Shown here piece after piece: positions 18,537 to 27,860 of a stretch of 64,000 bases of DNA. The notes beneath the pieces were generated by a model. It saw only the letters and a program-made list of their open reading frames with translations, made no database searches and was not told the origin of the DNA. The DNA comes from Candidatus Thorarchaeota archaeon SMTZ1-45 (GTDB lineage Archaea; Asgardarchaeota; Thorarchaeia; Thorarchaeales; Thorarchaeaceae): positions 22,637 through 86,636 of the forward strand of contig LRSL01000081.1 of NCBI GenBank assembly GCA_001563335.1. Direction: 5' to 3'. Position 1 is the first letter of the stretch; each line of letters opens with the position of its first letter. The translations under genes were made by a program, and so were the position numbers.

Positions 18537-20318
18537 CTAGATTGATGTAACTTCAGGTTCGCGGCGTTCGTACTCACCCTCCCCTTGTACTATGACCCTA
18601 AGTTTTTTCTTGTCTCCAGGATTCATTCGAGTCCAAGTCCATACCATTTTTGAACCATCAGAAACAGCTGAAACCTCAGGAGCATCCTCCTCTGGATCTG
18701 TGGATACATAATCGAATCCCGAAGGAATCCAGTCGGAAACCTGAATGTTTTCAGCGGTCACCTCACCACTATTAGTAACTACAAGCACTACGATATACTC
18801 TCCAGCGCCTACTCCTTTGTTTATAGCTTTCTTTGTTGAGATCGCCCGTTTCTTGTAGATTACTCCAAGCTTATGTCCATCCTCTGGACTTCCTACGATT
18901 GCTGGTACCCCTGCAGGCTCTGTATTCGCTGTACAGGTGACTGGTGAAGGATATTCCTTCTCAGGTCGACTTCGCCACGCCATTATAGCATAGTTGATTT
19001 TGATGCTTTCACCAGGCTCTAATTCTCCAACTGTATTTCTGAGGTCTTCTAATCTGAACGATATTTTATGAGGTTTCTCTGGATCTTGGTCTTCAGGATC
19101 TATTACAAACTCGAAGGGTCCCGTGTACTCTTCGTTTCTAATCCAAACAGTGACATGCTCACTAGTTGGAGGCATGACATCATCTGGTAGATTATCCTCA
19201 ATAGTGATCTCATTTATTTTTGCAGATCCATTGTTAGTCACTTCAATTGTGACCTCAACTGGTGTCTTGTCAAAGCTACTTACCGAAGGTGGGTCGAATG
19301 TCTTTTCATAATCAATACTATAAACTGGAATCTCTTGAGGTACTTTCTTAATTGTTCCAAGTACTCTCTTTTTGATCTCTCTAGCAGGTGTGTATATGAT
19401 GTCTTGTGTGCATTTTGGAGTTGACTTGCTTTCGACCTCAAAGCTTGAAGTCCACTCTTGATTTGGTTCCAATTCAATGCCAGGAGTTTCCTCTATCATC
19501 TTCTGTTTCTCGCTACCGTCCTCGGGAGTGAGATAGACCTCTGCTTTGTCCAACCTGACAATTAAGTCGCTTTCATTTGAACATTCCAGTGTGCATTGCC
19601 ATTGATTTGGTTCTGTTTCAGCAGTTTCGATTCCAGTCAGAAATTCAGTAAGTGCTGTCAGGTCAGGATTTAGATTGGATCTTTGTTGGTCTTCGCCTCT
19701 ATAAGTGATGACAACATCTCCAGCTCCCTTGGGTTCCGTATCGTCGACATATCCTCTTGCTCGTAGAACAAGTGATGAGGATTCGTGTGGATAGACTACA
19801 AAGTCCTTCCAGACTACTTGTTTAGTTCCTTCATCATATTCTGCGTTACCTGACTTTACAGACATAATTTCAATATTGGAGAGTTCTGGAGGAATTGTCT
19901 TATTGAGAATGATATTGTCAATTTCTCCATCTGTTTCATTGGTGATAGTTAATGTAATCTTAACAGGATTTTCCTTATCTTTAACATATGCCCAGTGAGG
20001 TTCATCTGTTTCAATTGTACCACATGTATCAAACACTTCTTTGAAGGTCAATATTGGTGATTCTACATTAAGACCATAGTTGGCCTCCCACTTTCCACCG
20101 ACATCTATCTCACCAGCGACAAGTTTTTCGTCACCAATATCTGTTGCACCACGCGTTTCACCAAGGTGGACTTTTACATTCCAGATACGGCTCCTCTCTG
20201 ACACATTATTAACGCTTAGAACACCCGAAGCATCAATACTATTCAGCTCAGATCGTTCTCCAAGCTTAACCTTCTCTGACTCTTCGAGGTCAATTACGAT
20301 TTTTTTTCTTTCACTCAT
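18537..20318 (-). CDS. Acidic all-beta cytoplasmic protein; N-terminal mu-homology-like (adaptin mu/delta-COP) domain plus Ig/DUF11-like domains
   Basis: No signal peptide or TM segment; repeated V.I.VTN.G....I.I.D.LP beta-sandwich motifs; N-terminal alignment to the MHD (see findings). Confidence 0.75.
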   Translation of the reverse strand: MSERKKIVIDLEESEKVKLGERSELNSIDASGVLSVNNVSERSRIWNVKVHLGETRGATDIGDEKLVAGEIDVGGKWEANYGLNVESPILTFKEVFDTCGTIETDEPHWAYVKDKENPVKITLTITNETDGEIDNIILNKTIPPELSNIEIMSVKSGNAEYDEGTKQVVWKDFVVYPHESSSLVLRARGYVDDTEPKGAGDVVITYRGEDQQRSNLNPDLTALTEFLTGIETAETEPNQWQCTLECSNESDLIVRLDKAEVYLTPEDGSEKQKMIEETPGIELEPNQEWTSSFEVESKSTPKCTQDIIYTPAREIKKRVLGTIKKVPQEIPVYSIDYEKTFDPPSVSSFDKTPVEVTIEVTNNGSAKINEITIEDNLPDDVMPPTSEHVTVWIRNEEYTGPFEFVIDPEDQDPEKPHKISFRLEDLRNTVGELEPGESIKINYAIMAWRSRPEKEYPSPVTCTANTEPAGVPAIVGSPEDGHKLGVIYKKRAISTKKAINKGVGAGEYIVVLVVTNSGEVTAENIQVSDWIPSGFDYVSTDPEEDAPEVSAVSDGSKMVWTWTRMNPGDKKKLRVIVQGEGEYERREPEVTSI

Positions 20319-20390
20319 TCAATGCACACTCATTGTTTTACACTTGTTTTTAGGATCTTCTGGTTCTAGTGCCAACCTTGCAGGAAGACA

Positions 20391-21086
20391 TTAGTCTAGC
20401 TCGTATCTAAACTCGTTTCCTGCCGCCCAGAAAACTTTCAGGACTTGGCCCGGTTCTAAAATCACTGGAGAAATTCCTTGACCAAACTGCTGAATATATT
20501 TGGAGAATTTCTTCGGATCCTCCTCTGATGACCATCTCATAGGTACTCCAACGCGTGGTTTAGCATCAATGCATAGACTAACTGCGTCTTTTACCTGAAA
20601 GACACCATCACCACCAACTGGAACTATAAGTACATCCATATCGAATTGCTCGAATGGACCACGTATCACTGCATCACCAAGATATCCTACTTTCATGTCT
20701 CCAATCTCAATATACAATCCGAGATTTTCAATTCGTCCACCTTCTCCCTCATCGATTCTTGAAAGAGCATAGGGTGTAATCTTCAAATCTGGTATCTCGT
20801 AGGGGACTTCAGATTCGAGAATATGAACTAACCACGGTTTGACTCCTTTTTCAGAAGCTTTGTCAGCGGCTCCCTGATTGCCTAAGAACCATGCTTTTGA
20901 ATTGACTGCGATTGTTGCTGCGTTTCCGACCGCATCTTCAGATTGATTCGTAGCAATAACTATTCTCGCACCAAAATCATCAGGAACGACTGGTTCTTCA
21001 TTCCAAATTCCTGGATTTAGGAGAACAGTCATTTCATTATACTCGAGTGCGAATGAAGTCTTTCCAAAGTACACTATTTTGAGCAA
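20391..21086 (-). CDS. Metallo-beta-lactamase-fold protein (UPF0173-like), degenerate metal site
   Basis: KIVYFGKTSF.L...VLLNP, GYLGD, DVLIVPVGG, DAV.L....KPR..VPM. The HxHxDH position reads TNQSEDA. Start uncertain (21086 or 21104). Confidence 0.75.
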   Translation of the reverse strand: MLKIVYFGKTSFALEYNEMTVLLNPGIWNEEPVVPDDFGARIVIATNQSEDAVGNAATIAVNSKAWFLGNQGAADKASEKGVKPWLVHILESEVPYEIPDLKITPYALSRIDEGEGGRIENLGLYIEIGDMKVGYLGDAVIRGPFEQFDMDVLIVPVGGDGVFQVKDAVSLCIDAKPRVGVPMRWSSEEDPKKFSKYIQQFGQGISPVILEPGQVLKVFWAAGNEFRYELD

Positions 21087-21333
21087 CGAATCACATCCCG
21101 TCAAATTACACTGGCACGGTCAAACCAGAATGACTGCTGCACTACTATCGTTGAGCTTGTCATTAATAAGCTAATTTCTAACCTATGCGGAGTTCTTTGT
21201 CGAACTATAAATTCAGAGCATATTTCCGCTGCTTCTTAAGAGGGCTCTGATCCGCCGAGTGCTATCTTTTTATGACTCTGACAGGACAGTGATTTAGAGG
21301 TCCTGCAAATCCTGAGGAATTATAGAGAGTGAG

Positions 21334-22635
21334 TTGGATTCTATGTTAGATAAGATTCTCACTGAAAATTTCAGAAGAACACTAAAGCTCGTCTTTACTG
21401 ACATTCAAAATCAGCAGGACCGACGCGATGAACAGGAGTTTGCTAAGGATGAAGTCCGCATCAAAGATCGTCTTTTGGACACATTCATATCATACAGTCC
21501 TGATGTGATTTTAAATAACGATTTCCGCATCGCTGCAATTGATGGGTCCGGTTCTGACAGTCTTATGACCCTTGATGACATTCGTATCCATTTCATTAGT
21601 ACTTCAACCGTAGTGGTGGACACAAACACACGATCTGAAAACCTGTTTTCACCAATAGACCGAGATAGACTGGAACACGAACTGGGTGAACAACCACATA
21701 TAGACCTTCATTGGCATTCTGGAGTCCGTAATGATGCCCGTGACAAGCTGGCTGAAACTCTCGCAAATATTTATCCATTGAAAGATGTCACAAGTCTTAC
21801 TCTGCCATTTTTCCAAGATTACACAAAGGGAAAGATCTCCTCGTTTTCGGATTTTAGTGAAACGGAATATGAGAAGCATATTCCACGTCTACGAGAGATG
21901 GAATCATTGATCTCAAGAGAGCAATTATTGACAAATCCGACTGTTCATGAAGAGATAAGAAAAACTAGTGAATATGCAGCAGCACGTAAAGTATTGATGA
22001 GCGATATAAATCCAAAGTATCTCCTCTTGGATGGAGCAATGTCTGTATTCATGCATTTTGTACGACACTTTCCATCAATGCCCAGTGGATTCATGCTTAG
22101 AGACTTATGTGCACTCGCACGACAGAAGGAAGTTGTATTGTGTGCTGTAAGCAAGAACCATACAATCCCTTTTGCTCATCGAATTGCGAATTTGGCAAGA
22201 GATGCTTTTGGAGGTAGTGCAAAGTGGTTCTGTCACCTTCCCAGCAGTGAAGACCCCGAGGGAGGTCTCCATATTTATGATGATCGAACCTATATCCCTC
22301 CAATATTGGCAGTGCCTTACCTATACAGCTTCTCTCGCGATAATAGACCTTCAAGAATTGATTTTGATAGAATTTGGTGGCTTGAGAACATATTTGTTCC
22401 AGGTGACCCTGAGGCCACCCGTACTAATGAAAAGGCACTCTTTGCTGAACTCGAGTTCATGTCAAGAGATGCTCGGTGGTACGGATACCCCGTACCTCTT
22501 GCCTTGGCTCACGAGTCATGCAAATTAAGTTATGAAGATTTACGACTAGCAAAAGAAGTGTGCATGGATGTTAGAGCTGAAATGAATTTGGAACGACGAG
22601 ATGCACAACCACTCCGTGCAGATTATGACTTATAA
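21334..22635 (+). CDS. nurA: NurA 5'-3' nuclease family protein
   Basis: AAIDGS, E, LLLDG, VSK and YGYPVPLALAHE motifs; first gene of the DSB repair cluster. Confidence 0.85.
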   Translation: MDSMLDKILTENFRRTLKLVFTDIQNQQDRRDEQEFAKDEVRIKDRLLDTFISYSPDVILNNDFRIAAIDGSGSDSLMTLDDIRIHFISTSTVVVDTNTRSENLFSPIDRDRLEHELGEQPHIDLHWHSGVRNDARDKLAETLANIYPLKDVTSLTLPFFQDYTKGKISSFSDFSETEYEKHIPRLREMESLISREQLLTNPTVHEEIRKTSEYAAARKVLMSDINPKYLLLDGAMSVFMHFVRHFPSMPSGFMLRDLCALARQKEVVLCAVSKNHTIPFAHRIANLARDAFGGSAKWFCHLPSSEDPEGGLHIYDDRTYIPPILAVPYLYSFSRDNRPSRIDFDRIWWLENIFVPGDPEATRTNEKALFAELEFMSRDARWYGYPVPLALAHESCKLSYEDLRLAKEVCMDVRAEMNLERRDAQPLRADYDL

Positions 22636-22649
22636 CCGAGGAAAACACA

Positions 22650-24410
22650 ATGAGTTTAGATAAAGACAAACTTGGAGAACTTTATGGAAAAGTTGGGGCG
22701 GGTAACCAAACCTCACTTGGGATAATGGGAAGTAACCGTGATATTAGCGTGGGGGAGATCTTTTTGATATATTCCCATCGTGATGGCCATGAGAGAGTGT
22801 TCTTCTTCAGAGTCCTAGGTCTAGAAAATTATCTACGACAAGTCGATGATTTAGCTCGTGTGGCTGGCACGCTCATGGTTGAAGGCGATGCCTATCTGTC
22901 AGGAATTGAACGGAACATGCTGCTTTCTGTTGGTGGCAGAATGCTTGGTTACGCGGAGGATAAGGATGGAAAATGGGATTTTCACTCACCAAGGCGGCTA
23001 CCAGACCATTTGGCTTCGGTTTATCGTCCTATCCCTGGCACGTCTGATGAGAATGTTAGGAACATGCTCGAGGGTCAGATTGACGGTGAGGTCTATGTTG
23101 GAGACCTACAAGTTGGAGAAACTACACTTGATGTTCCAATCAGGATTCCATCAAAATATCTACCAATGCATGTAGGTATCTTTGGTTCTACGGGGGCTGG
23201 AAAAAGCAATTTAATGATGGTACTGATTAAATCAATCATTGATAATAATCTCAATGCCTTCAGAAGACCTAATCAGGCTTTGCCACGAATATCTGCATTC
23301 TGTATTGACCCCCACGACGAGTTTGCTAAGGGCGTTGACAAATATGGTATTCAACATGTGGTTGAAGATATGAGCCCATCAACCAGGTCTGAAGTTCTTG
23401 GTGATTTTTATTACCTGACAACCCACAAGAGAGCCACGACTAGGGAGATTAGGAAGTACGCTCGTGAGATCAGAATCTTGTGGTCTGAAATTCAACCTAG
23501 AGACCTATACTCTATACGAGAGTTCACACCTGAGATGTCCTCCTTCATAGACGCACAATATTCAGTAGCAAAAGAGGATTGGATAAGTTCGATTGTTAAT
23601 ATGGCAGAGGATGATGCAGGAGTGCCTGTTGGAACATTGAGGGCAGTCAAACGCAGGCTTAGTTTCCTTGAGAGATCTCCGATTTTCATTGAAAAAGGGA
23701 CTTCCATTCTTAGTGACATTTTCTATGCAATGGAAACCGGGAGAATTCTCGTTGTCAATACTAGCCTAATGAGCGATATGGAGCAGTTCCTCTTGACAAC
23801 GATAGTAACACGAACATTATCTGATATGAGGCGTGCTTTGAAGAGTAGTGGAAATCTAAGCGATTTTGAGAATCAGGGTCAGATGCGTCTTCCTAAACCA
23901 TTCTTTGAAAATGTTAAGAAGCAAGCTCGGGCATTTTACGGTCTGGGAGGTGTAGGAGATGACACTCCTGTTCAAGACCCACGAAAACTTCCAGTTATTC
24001 AAGTGACAGTCGAGGAGGCGCCATCTATACTCAATCCTGAGCTGATGAGAGGTCAATCAGTCTTTAAGGACATATCACGTCAAGGTAGGAAATTCAATAT
24101 TGGATTGCTCGTTGTAAGCCAACAGGTCAGTGTGCTTGATAATGTCATATTAAGTCAGATGAACACTGAGATTAATCTAAGACTTGGTAATGAACGTGAG
24201 ATACGTGCTTGTGTAGAAAATGCAAGTGTGAACATATCCGGATTTGAGGACGAGTTTCGGGTAATGTCCCGAGGCGAGGCAATTGTGACTCAGTCGTACA
24301 GAGAGCTTCCTTTACCTGCCAAGATACCCCTGTTTGATGATATTTATGAAAAGGATAGACATAGATACAAAGACAAAGAGTCAAAGAAAAAACAAGAACA
24401 TATACTATGA
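22650..24410 (+). CDS. herA: HerA bipolar DNA helicase/translocase
   Basis: N-terminal HAS-barrel-like region, HVGIFGSTGAGKSN, IDPHDEF, VTVEEAP, RQGRKF.IGL.VVSQ, RGEA. Confidence 0.92.
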   Translation: MSLDKDKLGELYGKVGAGNQTSLGIMGSNRDISVGEIFLIYSHRDGHERVFFFRVLGLENYLRQVDDLARVAGTLMVEGDAYLSGIERNMLLSVGGRMLGYAEDKDGKWDFHSPRRLPDHLASVYRPIPGTSDENVRNMLEGQIDGEVYVGDLQVGETTLDVPIRIPSKYLPMHVGIFGSTGAGKSNLMMVLIKSIIDNNLNAFRRPNQALPRISAFCIDPHDEFAKGVDKYGIQHVVEDMSPSTRSEVLGDFYYLTTHKRATTREIRKYAREIRILWSEIQPRDLYSIREFTPEMSSFIDAQYSVAKEDWISSIVNMAEDDAGVPVGTLRAVKRRLSFLERSPIFIEKGTSILSDIFYAMETGRILVVNTSLMSDMEQFLLTTIVTRTLSDMRRALKSSGNLSDFENQGQMRLPKPFFENVKKQARAFYGLGGVGDDTPVQDPRKLPVIQVTVEEAPSILNPELMRGQSVFKDISRQGRKFNIGLLVVSQQVSVLDNVILSQMNTEINLRLGNEREIRACVENASVNISGFEDEFRVMSRGEAIVTQSYRELPLPAKIPLFDDIYEKDRHRYKDKESKKKQEHIL

Positions 24411-24420
24411 GGCTGACTAG

Positions 24421-25731
24421 ATGAAGGCAAGAATTGCTCACATCTCAGATACCCACCTTGGAACCCGTCCAAGAGATGGTGTTCGTCCCAATGTATGGGG
24501 CGAAGAGATGCGTTCTCAGTTACTTGAGAATGATTTCTATGAGCGGTTCCGAGAACTCTTTGATAAGATATCAAGACTTGACCCTCCTGTTGATCTAGTT
24601 GTCCATTCTGGTGATTTATACAACTCACCTTGGGAGGGTAATCCCTCTCAACCTCCTGTTGTTGCTCAAGAAACCGCTATTACAGTCCTTCAAAACTTCA
24701 TAACAACGACTAAGATTCCAGTTCTAATTATTGAAGGAAACCATGGACTCTACAGGCTGTTAGAGGTCTCTCTTCTTGACAGTCTGAAACTAGCTGTTCC
24801 AGGATTGGATGTTGCAACGCAACAAGATCTGAAAAGAGCAGTGAGGGAAGGAGAACCTCTTGTTTTCTCTTATGACAAATTAGACGCCTACTGCTTTCCA
24901 TTCATGGATTACGCAGTTCTCAAGTCTGCTGACATGATCTCGGGATTTGATGATTGGATTACAACTCACCAAACTCGTGTTAGATTAAGACCCTCGATTG
25001 CCGTAGCTCATGGAATGGAGATTGACCAGACATTATTCAAGAGTATATTCTCAATGGATTATGATTACATTGCGCTGGGACACGACCACCATCAACATCA
25101 GCAATCAACAGGAGCATGGTATGCCGGTTCACCTGAACGCTGGAGGTTTGATGAAGCCCGTCATGAAAAAGGATTCCTAGTCGTGGACATCCAAGCAGGC
25201 ACTGCACCAATAGTGACACCGTACATGCTTGAATACAAAAGGCAAATCATCAATGAGAAAATCAAGATAGACACCGATGACTCTGTCGAATCTATTTCAG
25301 ACAAGGTCTATGCTCTATTTGACAAGAAAGGTGTAAAGGCTCCATGGAACCCTGAAACAGCAGCTCGAATTCGTCTTGTGTTTGAAGGAAAAGCGACTCG
25401 TGTGAGTTCATTTGAACTTGGGATGACTCTTGAATCTTTAAGAATGAAAATCCACTCGAAAGACTCCGAATATAATGTAGCGCAGTTGTTTTGGACTGTT
25501 CGTCAATCCATCGATGAAGAGTTCACAGCTGCATCATATCCTGAAATTGAATCTGAATATCTCATACAGGACCCTGAGGAGGATTTCCGTGCATATCTTG
25601 AAACATTAGAGATCGATAAGACCATGGATCCGAGTATGCTCACAAAGATTGCAGTACGTTCGCTTGAACACGCAGTGGGAAAGAAGGAAGGTCGATTGAA
25701 TACTGAATCAATCATGGAGGATGAAAAATGA
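24421..25731 (+). CDS. mre11: Mre11/SbcD metallophosphoesterase nuclease
   Basis: HISDTHLG, HSGDLY, GNH, AHG, LGHDH and YAGSPE motifs. Confidence 0.92.
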   Translation: MKARIAHISDTHLGTRPRDGVRPNVWGEEMRSQLLENDFYERFRELFDKISRLDPPVDLVVHSGDLYNSPWEGNPSQPPVVAQETAITVLQNFITTTKIPVLIIEGNHGLYRLLEVSLLDSLKLAVPGLDVATQQDLKRAVREGEPLVFSYDKLDAYCFPFMDYAVLKSADMISGFDDWITTHQTRVRLRPSIAVAHGMEIDQTLFKSIFSMDYDYIALGHDHHQHQQSTGAWYAGSPERWRFDEARHEKGFLVVDIQAGTAPIVTPYMLEYKRQIINEKIKIDTDDSVESISDKVYALFDKKGVKAPWNPETAARIRLVFEGKATRVSSFELGMTLESLRMKIHSKDSEYNVAQLFWTVRQSIDEEFTAASYPEIESEYLIQDPEEDFRAYLETLEIDKTMDPSMLTKIAVRSLEHAVGKKEGRLNTESIMEDEK

Positions 25732-27806
25732 AGCTCCTCCAATTAAAGGTTCGAAACTTCAAGCCTTTCAGTGCTCTCATGTTGCCTGAGGGAGATGCTG
25801 AGCTTCCTGAAGGACTTATTCTCATAAGAGGTCAGAATTCTACAGGAAAATCCTCTCTCTTCGAAGCTATCCTCTGGGGCTTCTGGGGTGCAGATGCAGT
25901 TGACTTAACGAATGATGAGCTCATAAACTTCAGATCAACAAACTGCCAAGTGGTTCTCACTTTCCAGATTGCTGATACTCAATACAAGATTGATCGTTCC
26001 TATGATCCAGCGAATGGAATGGCTGTTGTCCTATTCATAAATCGAGAAGGTGCTTGGAAACGTATTGCTGACAAAAGTAAGTCTGTCAATTCTAAGCTCG
26101 ATGAGATTCTGTGCCTTGAGCTTAGGCAAGCCTTGAATACCCTTCTTGTCAGACAAGGAGAGGTTGCAGTCATTGCGAATGCTACTCCTTCAGTCCTGAG
26201 AGACCTTCTCGTAAAAGTATATGATATTGACTTACTTAATCAGATGTCAAGTCATTTAGAAAGTCTTGAGAAAGATGTGGACTCAAAAATCAACTCTCTG
26301 AAGTCAGACTATATTCATCCTGAGCGAATTCAAGAAATGGTTGCAGAGCGCCAAGATGAAATCCGTCGTTTAGAATCTATTCTAATTACTAAAAAGAAAG
26401 AGATCGAATCTACGGAAAAGATACTCGAAGAGATGCCAAATGCTGAACTCTTAAAGAAGGTTCAAGAACTCAGTAAGAATATTGAGTTTCTTCAGCAAGA
26501 GGTTGAAGTTAAGAGTGAAGGTCTTAAGGAAGACATTGCACTAGCTGGTGTTGTTGACGCAAGTCCCAAAGTTCTGAACGCGCGATTGGATGCTCTTGAG
26601 CAGGGAAGAAAACGGATTGAGAAAGAACAAAAGGTACTCAAGAGCAAGATTCAGCGTCTGGATCAAGATATCGGGATGAGTTTAGGCACAAATCGTGACC
26701 TTGAAGAGAAGATCCAGATACTTACCGCTGCTGGTACTGATGATATCATCGAATGTCCGACCTGTGCAAAACCACTCTCTGCAGCTGAAAGAAACAAACT
26801 CGTGACTGAATACAAGATAACAATCAAAGATAGCGAAACGAAAAGAAAGCGATTAGAGATCACCAAACAGGAACTCATAACATCCTCCGAGGACTTCGAA
26901 GATCAACTTAGTAGAATGTCCAAAAGCGAAGATGCTGTAAAAAGAGCTAACCAGGGGCAGAAAAGAGTTGACCAATCAAAAGAGAAATTATCCAAAGTTG
27001 AGCAGGAGTTTTCAATGCTCTTGGAAGAATATAACATTAAGAGCGTAGATAAGCTGCTCAAGAAATACAATATGCCTACTATTATCGAACTTCATGAGAA
27101 AGTTATCTCTCTCACATCAGCTTTGAAAGCGCTTCGTAAAGAAACAATGGAAAGTGAGGACAACATTCAAAGAGAAAAGGACAAGATTATCGAACTTCAA
27201 GGAAAGCAATCACAGATGGAACAGATTGGATCTGAAATTGTTGAACTTGAGAATATGAACGAACACGCAAAATATGTTCGGAGAAGACTTGTGAGTGGAT
27301 TTGTCACTGACTATGTGTTTCAAAAACGACTTCTTGGTATCATCAGAGGGGCGACCAATCCATATGTTCGGTCATTCACCAATGGTCAATATACAGCAAT
27401 TGATTTAGAGCCTACACCCGCCAAGGGTCGAGCAGGTCCAGGGTTAATCCTTCGAATTTGGGATGAAAGAGATCAAGCCTGGAAAAAAACATCTCAGCTG
27501 AGTTATGGCGACAGGACAGCAATCAGTCTAGCGCTACGAATGGGAATTAGTCGTACCATGAGCAGCATTCGACCACTTAGGGACAGCCCTATTGTGACCC
27601 CACGTGTTCGTTCTGTTCTTCTCGATGAACCTTTGGGTGGTCTTGATAAGAATAGAAGAGAGGCTGTTGTGCGGAACCTCATTAATGATCGGAGTTTTGA
27701 ACAGATACTCTTAATCACTCACACTGACGTTCAAGGCTGGCTGGGAGTCCCAGTCATAGAAGTTACGAAGGATGGTGCTTTTAGTAACGCAACTCTTGAG
27801 ATGTAA
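25728..27806 (+). CDS. rad50: Rad50/SbcC ATPase
   Basis: GQNSTGKSS, VRQGE Q-loop, central CPTC zinc hook in coiled coil, LSYGD signature, LLDEPLGGLD, ITH; ATGA overlap with mre11. Confidence 0.92.
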   Translation: MKLLQLKVRNFKPFSALMLPEGDAELPEGLILIRGQNSTGKSSLFEAILWGFWGADAVDLTNDELINFRSTNCQVVLTFQIADTQYKIDRSYDPANGMAVVLFINREGAWKRIADKSKSVNSKLDEILCLELRQALNTLLVRQGEVAVIANATPSVLRDLLVKVYDIDLLNQMSSHLESLEKDVDSKINSLKSDYIHPERIQEMVAERQDEIRRLESILITKKKEIESTEKILEEMPNAELLKKVQELSKNIEFLQQEVEVKSEGLKEDIALAGVVDASPKVLNARLDALEQGRKRIEKEQKVLKSKIQRLDQDIGMSLGTNRDLEEKIQILTAAGTDDIIECPTCAKPLSAAERNKLVTEYKITIKDSETKRKRLEITKQELITSSEDFEDQLSRMSKSEDAVKRANQGQKRVDQSKEKLSKVEQEFSMLLEEYNIKSVDKLLKKYNMPTIIELHEKVISLTSALKALRKETMESEDNIQREKDKIIELQGKQSQMEQIGSEIVELENMNEHAKYVRRRLVSGFVTDYVFQKRLLGIIRGATNPYVRSFTNGQYTAIDLEPTPAKGRAGPGLILRIWDERDQAWKKTSQLSYGDRTAISLALRMGISRTMSSIRPLRDSPIVTPRVRSVLLDEPLGGLDKNRREAVVRNLINDRSFEQILLITHTDVQGWLGVPVIEVTKDGAFSNATLEM

Positions 27807-27860
27807 AGGATAGCCTTCCTTGGAACATATATTAATCAGGGAACAGACATCGAAGTTACC

